A stretch of DNA of 49,063 nt, from IMG/VR virus record IMGVR_UViG_2718217860_000001. The stretch is one strand, 5' to 3'. The translations under genes were made by a program, and so were the position numbers. The first letter of the stretch is position 1. Every line of letters begins with the position of its first letter. Under the pieces are notes generated by a model. It was not told where the DNA came from. It worked only from the letters and a program-made list of their open reading frames with translations, and did not search any database. Source of the DNA: a virus. Taxonomy: Duplodnaviria; Heunggongvirae; Uroviricota; Caudoviricetes. This document shows positions 19,181-29,267 of this stretch, in pieces.

Positions 19181-20233
19181 ATGAAAAATACTGTAAAAAT
19201 AAACAGTGTTGATTTGATCAACGCTGATTGCCTGCATTTTATTCAGTCCCTGCCTGATGATTCCATTGACCTGATTGTTACCGATCCGCCTTACTTCAAG
19301 GTGAAACCCAACGGTTGGGACAATCAGTGGAAAGGGGACGAAGATTACCTTAAGTGGCTGGACCACTGTCTGGCCCAGTTCTGGCGGGTGTTGAAACCTG
19401 CCGGAAGCCTTTACCTGTTCTGTGGGCATCGCCTGGCATCTGATATTGAGATCATGATGCGTGAACGTTTCAACGTGCTTAACCATATCATCTGGGCGAA
19501 GCCGTCCGGACGTTGGAATGGGTGTAATAAAGAAAGTCTGCGCGCATATTTTCCTGCCACAGAGCGCGTTCTGTTTGCTGAACATTACCAGGGGCCATAT
19601 CGCGGCAAAAGTGACGGCTATGCGGCAAAAGAAAGGGAACTCAAACAGCACATAATGGCACCGCTGATATCGTATTTCAGGGATGCTCGTGCCGAACTGG
19701 GTATAACGGCAAAACAAATTGCCGAAGCCACAGGTAAGAAAAATATGGTTTCCCACTGGTTTGGTGCCAGTCAGTGGCAGTTGCCGAATGAGGCTGACTA
19801 TCGGAAGTTACAGGCACTGTTTTCCCGTATAGCGGCAGAGAAGTTTCAGGAACAACAACTGGAACAACCACACCACCAGCTGGTGGCATCTTATGATTCA
19901 CTGAATCGCAAATATTCTGAATTGCTGGATGAGTTTAAATCTCTCCGGCGCTATTTCTCCGTATCAGTCTCCGTGCCTTATACCGATGTCTGGATGCATA
20001 ACCCCGTTCAGTTCTACCCGGGTAAACATCCGTGTGAGAAACCGGCGGATATGCTCAGGCAAATAATCAATGCCAGTAGTCGACCTGGTGATCTGGTTGC
20101 TGATTTTTTTATGGGATCCGGTTCCACAATAAAAGCAGCAATGGCGCTGGGGCGTCGGGCCTTAGGTGTTGAGCTTGAGTCAGAGCGGTTTAACCAGACA
20201 GTGAAAGAGATAAACGAGCTGGTGGGGAAATAA
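19181..20233 (+). CDS. DNA methyltransferase, beta-class (N6-adenine or N4-cytosine)
   Basis: 350 aa. Catalytic motif IV DPPY near the N-terminus (LIVTDPPYF) and AdoMet motif I near the C-terminus (DFFMGSGST); this motif order defines beta-class amino-methyltransferases. Confidence 0.8.
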
Positions 20234-20300
20234 TCTGGTGGCCACGTCAGGTGGCCTTTTTATTTCCATTACACAGCACCCGCATCTGCGAGGTGGGGTT

Positions 20301-20516
20301 ATGAAATCCATGGATAAGTTAACAACGGGTGTCGCCTATGGCACCTCAGCAGGTAGTGCCGGGTACTGGTTTTTACAGTTGCTCGATAAAGTCACGCCCT
20401 CACAGTGGGCGGCAATAGGTGTGCTGGGTAGTCTGGTATTTGGCCTGCTGACGTACCTGACAAACCTTTATTTCAAGATTAAAGAAGATAAGCGCAAGGC
20501 TGCGAGAGGTGAATAA
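20301..20516 (+). CDS. class II holin, S21-like pinholin
   Basis: 71 aa; [28 protein letters not shown]...[22 protein letters not shown] closely matches phage 21 S21 as I recall it, including the dual-start MKSM motif. GAGGTGG RBS. Confidence 0.85.
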
Positions 20517-21013
20517 TGCCTCCATCATTACGAAAAGCAGTTGCTGCTGCTATTGGTGGCGGAGCAATTGCTATAGCATCAGTGTTAATCACTGGCCCAA
20601 GTGGTGACGATGGCCTGGAAGGTGTCAGCTACATACCATACAAAGATATCGTTGGCGTATGGACTGTATGTCACGGACACACCGGAAAAGACATCATGCT
20701 CGGTAAAACGTATACCGAAGCAGAATGCAAAGCCCTCCTGAATAAAGACCTTGCCACGGTTGCCAGACAAATTAACCCGTACATCAAAGTCGATATACCG
20801 GAAACAACGCGCGGCGCTCTTTACTCGTTCGTCTACAACGTGGGTGCTGGCAATTTCAGAACATCGACGCTTCTTCGCAAAATCAACCAGGGCGATATCA
20901 AAGGCGCATGTGACCAGCTACGTCGCTGGATATACGCTGGCGGTAAGCAATGGAAAGGCCTGATGACTCGTCGTGAGATTGAGCGTGAAGTCTGTTTGTG
21001 GGGGCAACAATGA
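20516..21013 (+). CDS. SAR endolysin (lysozyme with N-terminal signal-arrest-release domain)
   Basis: Gly/Ala-rich weakly hydrophobic N-terminus ([20 protein letters not shown]) followed by a lysozyme-like domain; start overlaps the holin stop. Confidence 0.85.
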   Translation: MPPSLRKAVAAAIGGGAIAIASVLITGPSGDDGLEGVSYIPYKDIVGVWTVCHGHTGKDIMLGKTYTEAECKALLNKDLATVARQINPYIKVDIPETTRGALYSFVYNVGAGNFRTSTLLRKINQGDIKGACDQLRRWIYAGGKQWKGLMTRREIEREVCLWGQQ

Positions 21014-21477
21014 GCAGAGTAACCGCGATTATCTCCGCTCTGGTTATCTGCATCATCGTCTGCCTGTCGTGGGCGGTCAATCATTACCGTGATAACGCCA
21101 TCGCCTACAAAGAACAGCGAGATAAAAAAGTCAGTGAGCTGAAGCAGGCGACCGCCACCATTACTGACATGCAGCAGCGCCAGCGTTCTGCTGATGCACT
21201 CGATGCTAAATACACGAAGGAGTTAGCTGATGCGAAAGCTGAAAATGATGCTCTTCGGCGCAAGCTTGATAATGGTGGTCGGGTGTTCGTCAAAGGAAAA
21301 TGCCCTGTGCCATCCTCAGCCGAAACCTCCAGCGCCTCCGGCATGGGCAATGATGCCACCGTCGAACTCTCTCCAGTTGCTGGACGAAACGTTCTCGGTA
21401 TCCGGGACGGAATTATCCGCGACCAAACAGCACTGAGAACGCTTCAGGAATACATCAGGACGCAATGCCTTCGATGA
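21010..21477 (+). CDS. Rz-like i-spanin
   Basis: N-terminal transmembrane helix then coiled-coil-type sequence; start overlaps the endolysin stop (ATGA). Confidence 0.75.
   Translation: MSRVTAIISALVICIIVCLSWAVNHYRDNAIAYKEQRDKKVSELKQATATITDMQQRQRSADALDAKYTKELADAKAENDALRRKLDNGGRVFVKGKCPVPSSAETSSASGMGNDATVELSPVAGRNVLGIRDGIIRDQTALRTLQEYIRTQCLR
21230..21436 (+). CDS. Rz1-like o-spanin lipoprotein (embedded in +1 frame of Rz)
   Basis: Lipobox VVGCSS followed by a proline-rich segment ([11 protein letters not shown]); entirely inside the Rz gene. Confidence 0.7.
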   Translation: MRKLKMMLFGASLIMVVGCSSKENALCHPQPKPPAPPAWAMMPPSNSLQLLDETFSVSGTELSATKQH

Positions 21478-22105
21478 TAGCGATAATTTTACTCATCATC
21501 CTTCACATCTGGCTCTGTAGACAGGATGGTGATCACTTCTGGAGTGAATCCAGATTAAACATCTCATTGCTGATGCTTGATATTGAGCATCTTGCGCGCG
21601 GTAAGGGGCTGCGTTGAGATAAGAGCCAGTCATTACAAATACCAGGATTTAGCCTCGCATTCGCGGGGCTTTTTATTGCCATTACAAAAGCCACTCCCTA
21701 CAGAGTGGCTTTGATAATGGCTTATACCCTACACGGGATAGCTTAACTGATATCCCTTTTAACGGATAAAGGTATTCAAGCCTGACACATCATGCGCTGT
21801 ATCGTCGCCGTATTCCCGTATTAACAGAGACCGTAGCCCGACGGGGAACTCCTTCTGCGCGAGTGTGCGGGAATAATCAAAAACGATGCACACCGGGTTT
21901 TTACCGCGTTTATGGTTCGCGGGTTTGTCCCTCATGCTCGCCAGTCCTGTGCGGGGGTGGAAGAAACAGGACACTTACACAGATTCTTGTGGGCACGATG
22001 CTATGCCTTTCTGGATTATCCCGATGCCATTCATGCAAGGCGTTGTATCAGACGTTCGTCAGAGCTGTCAGGCTGACGGGTCCTCCCGGTGGGGTGGCCT
22101 GCCAC

Positions 22106-22187
22106 GGGGCGGGAGCGTCGCGGAAAAAGGCTAGTTTTTGAAATTTTATTCGTCATCACCACCACTGTAATTGATTGATATTACAGT
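22106..22187. other. candidate cos region (cosN-like GC block plus 8-bp inverted repeat)
   Basis: GC-rich block GGGGCGGGAGCGTCGCGG (22106..22123) followed by AT-rich DNA and a perfect inverted repeat ACTGTAAT-N8-ATTACAGT (22164..22187), ~110 bp upstream of the small terminase gene. Confidence 0.3.
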
Positions 22188-22292
22188 AGTTTTATTTTCA
22201 TGGTGTCGATTCTGATTGTTTTTTGTTCATCACTAACACCGTTTGCCTAAAGTTGTTCGCAAGATGCATGTTTAAAACATTCTGGAGCGGGT

Positions 22293-22787
22293 ATGGATCG
22301 AGAGTTAAAAAATCTGACGCTGAATATCAGTCAACTGGCGGCATTGTCAGGTGTACATCGCCAGACTGCTGCGGCAAGGCTGCAAAATCTACCCGTTGCA
22401 GGGGGGCATGAAAGCAACCTCAAGCTTTATCGGGTGGTTGATATTGTGTCGGCATTTCTGGCATTACCACCGCCGGTTGCAGAAGGCGAAATGGACGCGC
22501 ATGAGCGCAAAGCCTGGTATCAGTCTGAACGTGAGCGTCTTAAGTTCGAACAGGAAACGGCACAACTCATTCCGGCCAGTGATGTCAGACGGGAGTTTGC
22601 CATCTGGGCAAAAGCGGTCGTGCAGGTGCTGGAGACATTACCGGATATTCTTGAACGTGACTGCGGTCTGCAGCCTGCCGCTGTGAGCCGTGTTCAGTCC
22701 ATTATTGATGATCTGCGCGATCAGATAGCCCTGCGGGTGACTGAAGCAGGTGCGGATGATGAGGAGGAATTACAGCAGGAGGAGTAA
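22293..22787 (+). CDS. terminase small subunit (Nu1-like)
   Basis: 164 aa; N-terminal HTH-like region, acidic C-terminus; directly upstream of and overlapping the large terminase start. Confidence 0.7.
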   Translation: MDRELKNLTLNISQLAALSGVHRQTAAARLQNLPVAGGHESNLKLYRVVDIVSAFLALPPPVAEGEMDAHERKAWYQSERERLKFEQETAQLIPASDVRREFAIWAKAVVQVLETLPDILERDCGLQPAAVSRVQSIIDDLRDQIALRVTEAGADDEEELQQEE

Positions 22788-24889
22788 TGCTGAATCAGGA
22801 AACCGCAAAGGCAGCACGAACCGATTCAGGTTATATCCTTCGCGCACCGAGACGAATGCGGGTTGCTGATGCCGTTGCTCAGTATATGCGGGTGCCCATG
22901 GGGGCAGGGAACTCAGTCCCGTGGGATCCGCAGGTGGCACCGTATGTTATTGAGCCTATGAACTGCCTGGCCTCGCGTGAATACGACGCAGTGATATTTG
23001 TTGGCCCGGCACGAACCGGCAAGACTATCGGCCTGATTGACGGCTGGGTGATTTACAACGTGATTTGCGATCCTGCTGATATGCTGATCATTCAGATGAC
23101 GGAGGAAAAAGCCCGCGAACACTCCAAAAAACGACTCGCCAGAACGTTTCGCGTCAGCCCGGAAGTGGTCAGTCGCCTGAGTCCGAACAAAAATGACAAC
23201 AACGTTTATGACAGAACATTCCTTGCTGGCAACTACCTGAAAATCGGCTGGCCGTCAGTCAATATCATGTCTTCATCAGATTATAAATGCGTGGCGCTGA
23301 CGGATTATGACCGTTTTCCGGAAGATATTGATGGTGAGGGGGATGCCTTCTCTCTTGCCTCAAAACGTACCACCACATTTATGTCCAGTGGTATGACGCT
23401 GGTGGAGAGTTCCCCCGGCAGGGATGTGAAGGATGTGAAATGGCGACGGACTTCACCGCATGAGGCTCCACCAACCACGGGGATCCTGTCGCTCTATAAC
23501 CGTGGCGATCGCCGTCGCTGGTACTGGCCCTGTCCACACTGTGGTGAGTATTTTCAGCCCTGCGGCGATGTGGTTGCTGGTTTCCGTGATATTGCCGATC
23601 CTGTGCTGGCAAGTGAGGCGGCTTATATTCAGTGTCCTTCCTGTTCAGGACGGATTTTGCCTGAACAAAAACGCGAGCTGAACGGACGTGGGGTCTGGTT
23701 ACGGGATGGTGAATCCATCAATGCAGATGGCAGTCGTTATGGTGATCCCCGGCGTTCACGTATTGCGTCATTCTGGATGGAGGGTCCGGCAGCTGCTTAT
23801 CAGACACTCTCGCAACTCGTTTACAAACTGCTTACTGCAGAACAGGAATACGAGACAACCGGAAGTGAAGAGACACTCAAGACGGTTATCAATACCGACT
23901 GGGGATTACCTTATCTTCCCCGCGCCAGCATGGAGCAACGAAAAAGTGAATTGCTTGAGCAGCGGGCAGAGCCAGTTCCTTCCCGCAGTGTGCCGGATGG
24001 CGTTAATTTCCTTGTGGCGACAGTGGATGTGCAGGCGGGACGTCATCGCCGTTTTGTGGTTCAGGTAACGGGCTATGGCAGCCGTGGAGAACGCTGGATT
24101 ATTGATCGTTACAACATCACGCAGTCATTGCGCGGTGACAGCGACGGGGAGAGCCAGCGAATTGATCCGGCCAGCTATCCGGAAGACTGGGATGTCCTGC
24201 TGACGGATGTTTTTCATAAAAGCTGGCCGCTGGCCTCCGACCCTTCTCAACAAATGCGACTGATGGCAATGGCGGTGGACTCCGGCGGTGAAGACGGGGT
24301 CACTGATAATGCCTATAAATTCTGGCGTCGTTGCCGTCGTGATGGCCTTGGTAAACGTATTTACCTGTTTAAGGGCGACAGCATCCGGCGCGCAAAACTG
24401 ATCACCCGTACATTCCCTGATAACACCGGACGAACGGGCCGACGGGCGCAGGCCGCAGGTGATGTGCCGCTCTGGCTTCTTCAGACGGATGCCCTGAAAG
24501 ACCGGGTGAATAACGCGTTATGGCGTGACTCGCCAGGTCCCGGCTATGTGCATTTCCCTGACTGGCTGGGGAGCTGGTTTTACGACGAACTGACGTATGA
24601 AGAGCGGAGCAGTGACGGGAAATGGAGTAAGCCGGGTCGCGGTGCCAACGAAGCTTTTGACCTGATGGTGTATGCCGAGGCTCTGGTCATTCTGTATGGA
24701 TACGAAAAGATCCGCTGGCCGGATGCACCGGAGTGGGCGAGCCGGGAAACCTGGCTGGAGTGTGTCCCGGACAGTACCGAACCGTCACCCTCACCGGAAC
24801 CGGTATCCACGCCTGTTAAAAAACAAAAACGGAAGAAAACAGTAACTGACGATGTTAACCCCTGGCTGACTTCCGGAGGATGGTTATGA
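22787..24889 (+). CDS. terminase large subunit (gpA-like)
   Basis: 700 aa; Walker A-like VGPARTGKT and size comparable to lambda gpA. Confidence 0.9.
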   Translation: MLNQETAKAARTDSGYILRAPRRMRVADAVAQYMRVPMGAGNSVPWDPQVAPYVIEPMNCLASREYDAVIFVGPARTGKTIGLIDGWVIYNVICDPADMLIIQMTEEKAREHSKKRLARTFRVSPEVVSRLSPNKNDNNVYDRTFLAGNYLKIGWPSVNIMSSSDYKCVALTDYDRFPEDIDGEGDAFSLASKRTTTFMSSGMTLVESSPGRDVKDVKWRRTSPHEAPPTTGILSLYNRGDRRRWYWPCPHCGEYFQPCGDVVAGFRDIADPVLASEAAYIQCPSCSGRILPEQKRELNGRGVWLRDGESINADGSRYGDPRRSRIASFWMEGPAAAYQTLSQLVYKLLTAEQEYETTGSEETLKTVINTDWGLPYLPRASMEQRKSELLEQRAEPVPSRSVPDGVNFLVATVDVQAGRHRRFVVQVTGYGSRGERWIIDRYNITQSLRGDSDGESQRIDPASYPEDWDVLLTDVFHKSWPLASDPSQQMRLMAMAVDSGGEDGVTDNAYKFWRRCRRDGLGKRIYLFKGDSIRRAKLITRTFPDNTGRTGRRAQAAGDVPLWLLQTDALKDRVNNALWRDSPGPGYVHFPDWLGSWFYDELTYEERSSDGKWSKPGRGANEAFDLMVYAEALVILYGYEKIRWPDAPEWASRETWLECVPDSTEPSPSPEPVSTPVKKQKRKKTVTDDVNPWLTSGGWL

Positions 24890-25098
24890 ACCAGAATGAT
24901 ATCGAAGCCATGATTCAGCGTTATACGGAAGCTGAAATGGCGGTACTGGACGGAAAATCCGTCACCTTTAATGGTCAGCAGATGACCATGGAAAACTTAT
25001 CTGAGATCCGGCAGGGACGGCAGGAGTGGGAGCGCCGCCTTGCGGCTCTGATTACACGACGACGGGGGCATCCTGGGTACCGGCTGGCGAGGTTCTGA
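24880..25098 (+). CDS. head-tail joining protein W-like
   Basis: 72 aa between terminase and portal; C-terminal RRRGHPGY resembles lambda gpW. Confidence 0.7.
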   Translation: MVMNQNDIEAMIQRYTEAEMAVLDGKSVTFNGQQMTMENLSEIRQGRQEWERRLAALITRRRGHPGYRLARF

Positions 25099-26606
25099 TG
25101 GCAATTCTTGATGATGTGATTGGCGTTTTTTCACCAGGATGGAAAGCGGCAAGGCTGCGTTCCCGTGCGGTGATCCAGGCTTATGAGGCCGTAAAAACGA
25201 CACGGACACACAAAGCCCGGCGGGAAAACCGAACTGCCGACCAGTTAAGCCAGTACGGGGCCGTGTCGTTACGTGAGCAGGCCCGTTACCTTGATAACAA
25301 CCACGATCTGGTTATTGGTGTATTTGACAAGCTGGAAGAACGGGTGGTGGGGAAAAACGGGATTATTGTCGAGCCACATCCGGTATTACGCAATGGGGCC
25401 ATTGCCCGTGATCTGGCAGCGGAGATACGCACCCGATGGAGTGAATGGTCTGTCAGTCCGGAAGTCACCGGGCAGTTTACCCGTCCGATGCTGGAACGTC
25501 TGATGCTGCGTACCTGGCTGCGCGATGGTGAGGTGTTTGCCCAGATGGTTTCCGGGCGCATAAACAGCCTGACGCCTTCTGCCGGTGTTCATTTCTGGCT
25601 GGAGGCGCTCGAGCCGGACTTTATTCCCATGACCAGTGATGAGAGCAACAGGCTGAATCAGGGCGTGTTTGTTGATGACTGGGGGCGTCCCGAAAAATAT
25701 CTGGTGTATAAAAGCCGTCCCGTATCCGGGCGGCAGATGGAAACCAAAGAAGTGGATGCAGAGCGAATGCTGCATCTTAAATTTGTTCGCCGTCTGCACC
25801 AGATGCGCGGGACGTCTTTGTTGTCCGGTGTGCTGATCCGCCTCAGTGCCCTGAAAGAGTATGAAGATTCTGAGCTGACTGCAGCAAGGATCGCCGCTGC
25901 TCTGGGGATGTACATCCGCAAAGGCGACGGGCAGAGCTATGAACCGGATGGTAATGGCAGCAAGGAGAATGAACGCGAGCTTACCATTCAGCCAGGCATT
26001 ATTTACGACGATCTGAAACCCGGCGAAGAAATCGGAATGGTGAAGTCGGATCGTCCCAATCCTAACCTTGAAACTTTTCGTAATGGTCAGTTGCGTGCCG
26101 TGGCGGCGGGCAGTCGTCTGAGTTTTTCCAGTACGGCACGCAACTATAACGGCACTTACAGCGCCCAGCGTCAGGAACTGGTTGAGTCTACTGATGGCTA
26201 CCTGATCCTGCAGGACTGGTTTATTGGTGCCGTCACCCGCCCGATGTATCGTGCCTGGCTGAAACAGGCTGTGGCATCCGGTGTTATCAGGCTACCCCGC
26301 GATCTTGACCGTTCTTCACTGTATACCGCGGTGTATTCCGGACCAGTGATGCCGTGGATTGACCCTGTTAAGGAGGCTGAGGCCTGGAAAATCCAGATTC
26401 GTGGTGGAGCGGCGACAGAATCAGACTGGGTACGTGCAGGTGGTCGTAATCCGGATGATGTCAAACGTCGGCGCAAGGCCGAAATTGATGAAAACCGCAA
26501 GCTGGATCTGGTATTTGATACCGATCCTGCCAGTGATAAAGGAGGCAGCAGTGACGCAACGAAACGACAGGAACCGCAGCACACCGACGACCAGTCCGAA
26601 GAATAA
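25098..26606 (+). CDS. portal protein (gpB-like)
   Basis: 502 aa from ATG at 25098 (MAILDDVIG...), overlapping the W stop; position and size fit lambda portal. Confidence 0.9.
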   Translation: MAILDDVIGVFSPGWKAARLRSRAVIQAYEAVKTTRTHKARRENRTADQLSQYGAVSLREQARYLDNNHDLVIGVFDKLEERVVGKNGIIVEPHPVLRNGAIARDLAAEIRTRWSEWSVSPEVTGQFTRPMLERLMLRTWLRDGEVFAQMVSGRINSLTPSAGVHFWLEALEPDFIPMTSDESNRLNQGVFVDDWGRPEKYLVYKSRPVSGRQMETKEVDAERMLHLKFVRRLHQMRGTSLLSGVLIRLSALKEYEDSELTAARIAAALGMYIRKGDGQSYEPDGNGSKENERELTIQPGIIYDDLKPGEEIGMVKSDRPNPNLETFRNGQLRAVAAGSRLSFSSTARNYNGTYSAQRQELVESTDGYLILQDWFIGAVTRPMYRAWLKQAVASGVIRLPRDLDRSSLYTAVYSGPVMPWIDPVKEAEAWKIQIRGGAATESDWVRAGGRNPDDVKRRRKAEIDENRKLDLVFDTDPASDKGGSSDATKRQEPQHTDDQSEE

Positions 26607-26619
26607 TTCCTGGTTCAGG

Positions 26620-28578
26620 ATGCAGGCTGGTCACCAGAGTGACGCGGATATTTATATTTATGACGAGATTGGTTTCTGGGGTGTTACAGCGAAGCAGTTT
26701 ATCAGTGATCTGAATGCACTGGGCGATATCACCCACATTAATCTCCATATTAATTCACCGGGTGGCGATGTCTTTGAAGGCATCGCCATTTTTAATGCGC
26801 TGAAAACACATGGTGCGTCCATTACCGTTTATGTCGACGGTGTGGCGGCGTCAATGGCGTCGGTCATTGCGATGGTGGGAAACCCGGTCATTATGCCGGA
26901 AAACACCTTCATGATGATTCATAAACCATTTGGCTTTACGGGCGGTGATGCGGAGGACATGCGCACCTATGCCGACCTGCTCGATAAGGTTGAGGCGGTT
27001 CTGTTACCCGCTTATGCACAGAAAACCGGGAAAACCACCGATGAAATTGCTGCCATGCTGGCGGATGAGACCTGGATGTCCGGTGCCGAATGTCTGGCAC
27101 AGGGATTTGCTGATCAGGTAACGCCAGCCGTTAAGGCAATGGCATGTATTCAGTCAAAACGTACAGAGGAATTTAAAAAGATGCCGGAATCCATTCGAAA
27201 CATGATTACTCCGCCACGCAACAGTGCTCCACGCGTACAGGATGATGAACCTGCAGCCTCCCGGACGCCAGTGCAGGCAGCAGCACCCGTGGTGGATGAA
27301 AACAGTATCCGTGCGCAGGTACTGGCAGAGCAAAAAGCGCGTGTAAACGGTATTAATGATCTGTTTGCCATGTTTGGCGGGCGTTATCAGACGCTGCAGG
27401 CTCAGTGTCTTGCCGATCCTGAATGTTCGCTGGAGCAGGCCCGCGAAAAGTTGTTGAACGAGATGGGGCGCGAGTCCACGCCATCCAATAAAAATACCCC
27501 GGCTCATATTTATGCCGGTAACGGTAATTTTGTGGGGGACGGGATCCGCCAGGCGCTGATGGCGCGTGCCGGATTTGAAAAAACCGAACGTGATAATGTC
27601 TACAACGGGATGACCCTGCGTGAATATGCCCGTATGTCACTGACTGAACGGGGTATTGGGGTTTCCAGTTATAACCCGATGCAGATGGTCGGTGCGGCGT
27701 TCACACACAGTACGTCTGACTTCGGTAATATTCTGCTGGATGTTGCGAACAAAGCCATTCTGCAGGGCTGGGAAGATGCCCCTGAAACCTATGAACAGTG
27801 GACGCGGAAAGGTCAGTTGTCTGATTTTAAAATTGCCCATCGTGTGGGTATGGGGGGCTTCAGTGCTCTGCGTCAGGTGCGTGAAGGGGCGGAATATAAA
27901 TACGTCACCACCGGAGATAAACAGGCCACTATTGCACTGGCGACCTATGGCGAGCTGTTCAGTATCACCCGTCAGGCCATTATCAATGATGATCTGAATA
28001 TGCTGACCGATGTCCCGATGAAACTGGGCCGTGCGGCGAAATCCACTATTGCCGATCTGGTTTATGCCATTCTGACGTCTAACCCGAAAATCTCCACAGA
28101 TAATGTAAGTCTGTTCGATAAAGCGAAACATGCAAACGTACTGGAGAGCGCTGCAATGGACGTGGCATCGCTGGATAAAGCCCGCCAGTTGATGCGCGTT
28201 CAGAAAGAGGGGGAGCGTCATCTGAATATTCGTCCTGCGTTCGTACTGGTACCGACGGCGATGGAGTCTGTTGCTAACCAGGTCATTCGCTCCTCAAGTG
28301 TCAAGGGGGCTGACATTAACGCCGGTATTATTAACCCGGTGAAAGATTTTGCGACCGTTATTGCAGAGCCTCGTCTTGATGATAACAGCCAGACCACTTT
28401 CTACCTGGCTGCGTCCAAAGGCTCCGATACGATTGAAGTGGCTTATCTCAACGGTGTGGATACGCCATATATTGATCAGATGGAGGGCTTCAGTGTGGAT
28501 GGCGTGACAACGAAAGTGCGTATTGACGCCGGTGTCGCGCCAGTTGATCACCGCGGTCTGGTGAAATGTACGGCGTAA
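26620..28578 (+). CDS. fused prohead protease / scaffold / HK97-fold major capsid protein
   Basis: 652 aa. N-terminal ClpP/S49-like serine protease region (HINSPGGDVFEGIAIFNAL...GVAASMASVIAMVG), central scaffold-like helical region, C-terminal capsid-like domain. Start at 26620 after the portal stop. Confidence 0.85.
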   Translation: MQAGHQSDADIYIYDEIGFWGVTAKQFISDLNALGDITHINLHINSPGGDVFEGIAIFNALKTHGASITVYVDGVAASMASVIAMVGNPVIMPENTFMMIHKPFGFTGGDAEDMRTYADLLDKVEAVLLPAYAQKTGKTTDEIAAMLADETWMSGAECLAQGFADQVTPAVKAMACIQSKRTEEFKKMPESIRNMITPPRNSAPRVQDDEPAASRTPVQAAAPVVDENSIRAQVLAEQKARVNGINDLFAMFGGRYQTLQAQCLADPECSLEQAREKLLNEMGRESTPSNKNTPAHIYAGNGNFVGDGIRQALMARAGFEKTERDNVYNGMTLREYARMSLTERGIGVSSYNPMQMVGAAFTHSTSDFGNILLDVANKAILQGWEDAPETYEQWTRKGQLSDFKIAHRVGMGGFSALRQVREGAEYKYVTTGDKQATIALATYGELFSITRQAIINDDLNMLTDVPMKLGRAAKSTIADLVYAILTSNPKISTDNVSLFDKAKHANVLESAAMDVASLDKARQLMRVQKEGERHLNIRPAFVLVPTAMESVANQVIRSSSVKGADINAGIINPVKDFATVIAEPRLDDNSQTTFYLAASKGSDTIEVAYLNGVDTPYIDQMEGFSVDGVTTKVRIDAGVAPVDHRGLVKCTA

Positions 28579-28601
28579 ACGTCGCAGACAACAACTCTGA
28601 T

Positions 28602-28622
28602 GGCCCGTAAGGGCTTTTTTTG
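28602..28622 (+). terminator. hairpin with T-run after the capsid gene
   Basis: ggccc-gtaa-gggc followed by T8. Confidence 0.5.
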
Positions 28623-28664
28623 TACCTGAAATCAGCCCCTGAACGGGGCTGTGCGGAGACAGTT

Positions 28665-28988
28665 ATGGCAAAGAATTTTGTAGAAGAAGGAAAAACGGTG
28701 GCGATTGTTGCCAGTGCAGCCATCAGCAGCGGAGATCTGGTGCAGGTGGGCGATGTTTTTGCGGTGGCGCTGACCGATATTCCACAGGGTGAAACAGGCG
28801 ACGGCATGACCGAAGGTGTGTTTATGCTGCCTAAGCTGAAAACGGATGACATGAAAACGGGTAAGAAGGTTTATCTGAAGTCCGGAAAAGTTCAGCTGAC
28901 TAACAGCGGCTCTGATCCGCTGGTCGGGGTTGTCTGGGCAGATGCCGGAACCAGTGCAGAAGAAGTGCCGGTAAAACTCAATGTCTGA
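28665..28988 (+). CDS. head decoration/cement-like protein (DUF2190-like)
   Basis: 107 aa from ATG at 28665 (MAKNFVEEG...) with GGAG RBS; placed right after the major capsid gene. Confidence 0.5.
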   Translation: MAKNFVEEGKTVAIVASAAISSGDLVQVGDVFAVALTDIPQGETGDGMTEGVFMLPKLKTDDMKTGKKVYLKSGKVQLTNSGSDPLVGVVWADAGTSAEEVPVKLNV

Positions 28989-29256
28989 TCCCTTTTCCCG
29001 GCTGGCAGCGCGTATGGATGCTATCACGGTCAGAAAGATGGGAAAGACAGCCTCGATTAATGATGTCGATATGACTGTGATCCCGGGAGAAACACTGGCA
29101 GAACTGAATGCTCTGTCCGGACCTGCGGTCTCTCTGGTGGTGTTTTCTTCGGGATACCGCCCACGGCGCGGGGATCGCGTTGTTTATGACGGACAACAAT
29201 GGACGGTCACACGGCATGAACGCTTTAACGGTAAGCCAATGATCTTTATTGAGTAA
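28981..29256 (+). CDS. head-tail connector/completion protein (FII-like position)
   Basis: 91-aa ORF between head and tail genes; call is positional. Confidence 0.45.
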   Translation: MSDPFSRLAARMDAITVRKMGKTASINDVDMTVIPGETLAELNALSGPAVSLVVFSSGYRPRRGDRVVYDGQQWTVTRHERFNGKPMIFIE

Positions 29257-29267
29257 AGAGGTGTGGG

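Noticed and set aside
18965-19756. 263-aa minus-strand ORF
   Set aside because: Antisense to the beta-class methyltransferase gene, which has unambiguous DPPY and FxGxG motifs on the plus strand.
21759-22141. Small ORFs between Rz and the cos region (21759..21974 -, 21863..22141 +, 21886..22134 +)
   Set aside because: Mutually overlapping, no RBS or recognisable motifs, and none resembles Bor, which occupies this position in lambda; left uncalled.
27637-28221. 194-aa minus-strand ORF
   Set aside because: Antisense to the major capsid domain of the protease-capsid fusion gene.
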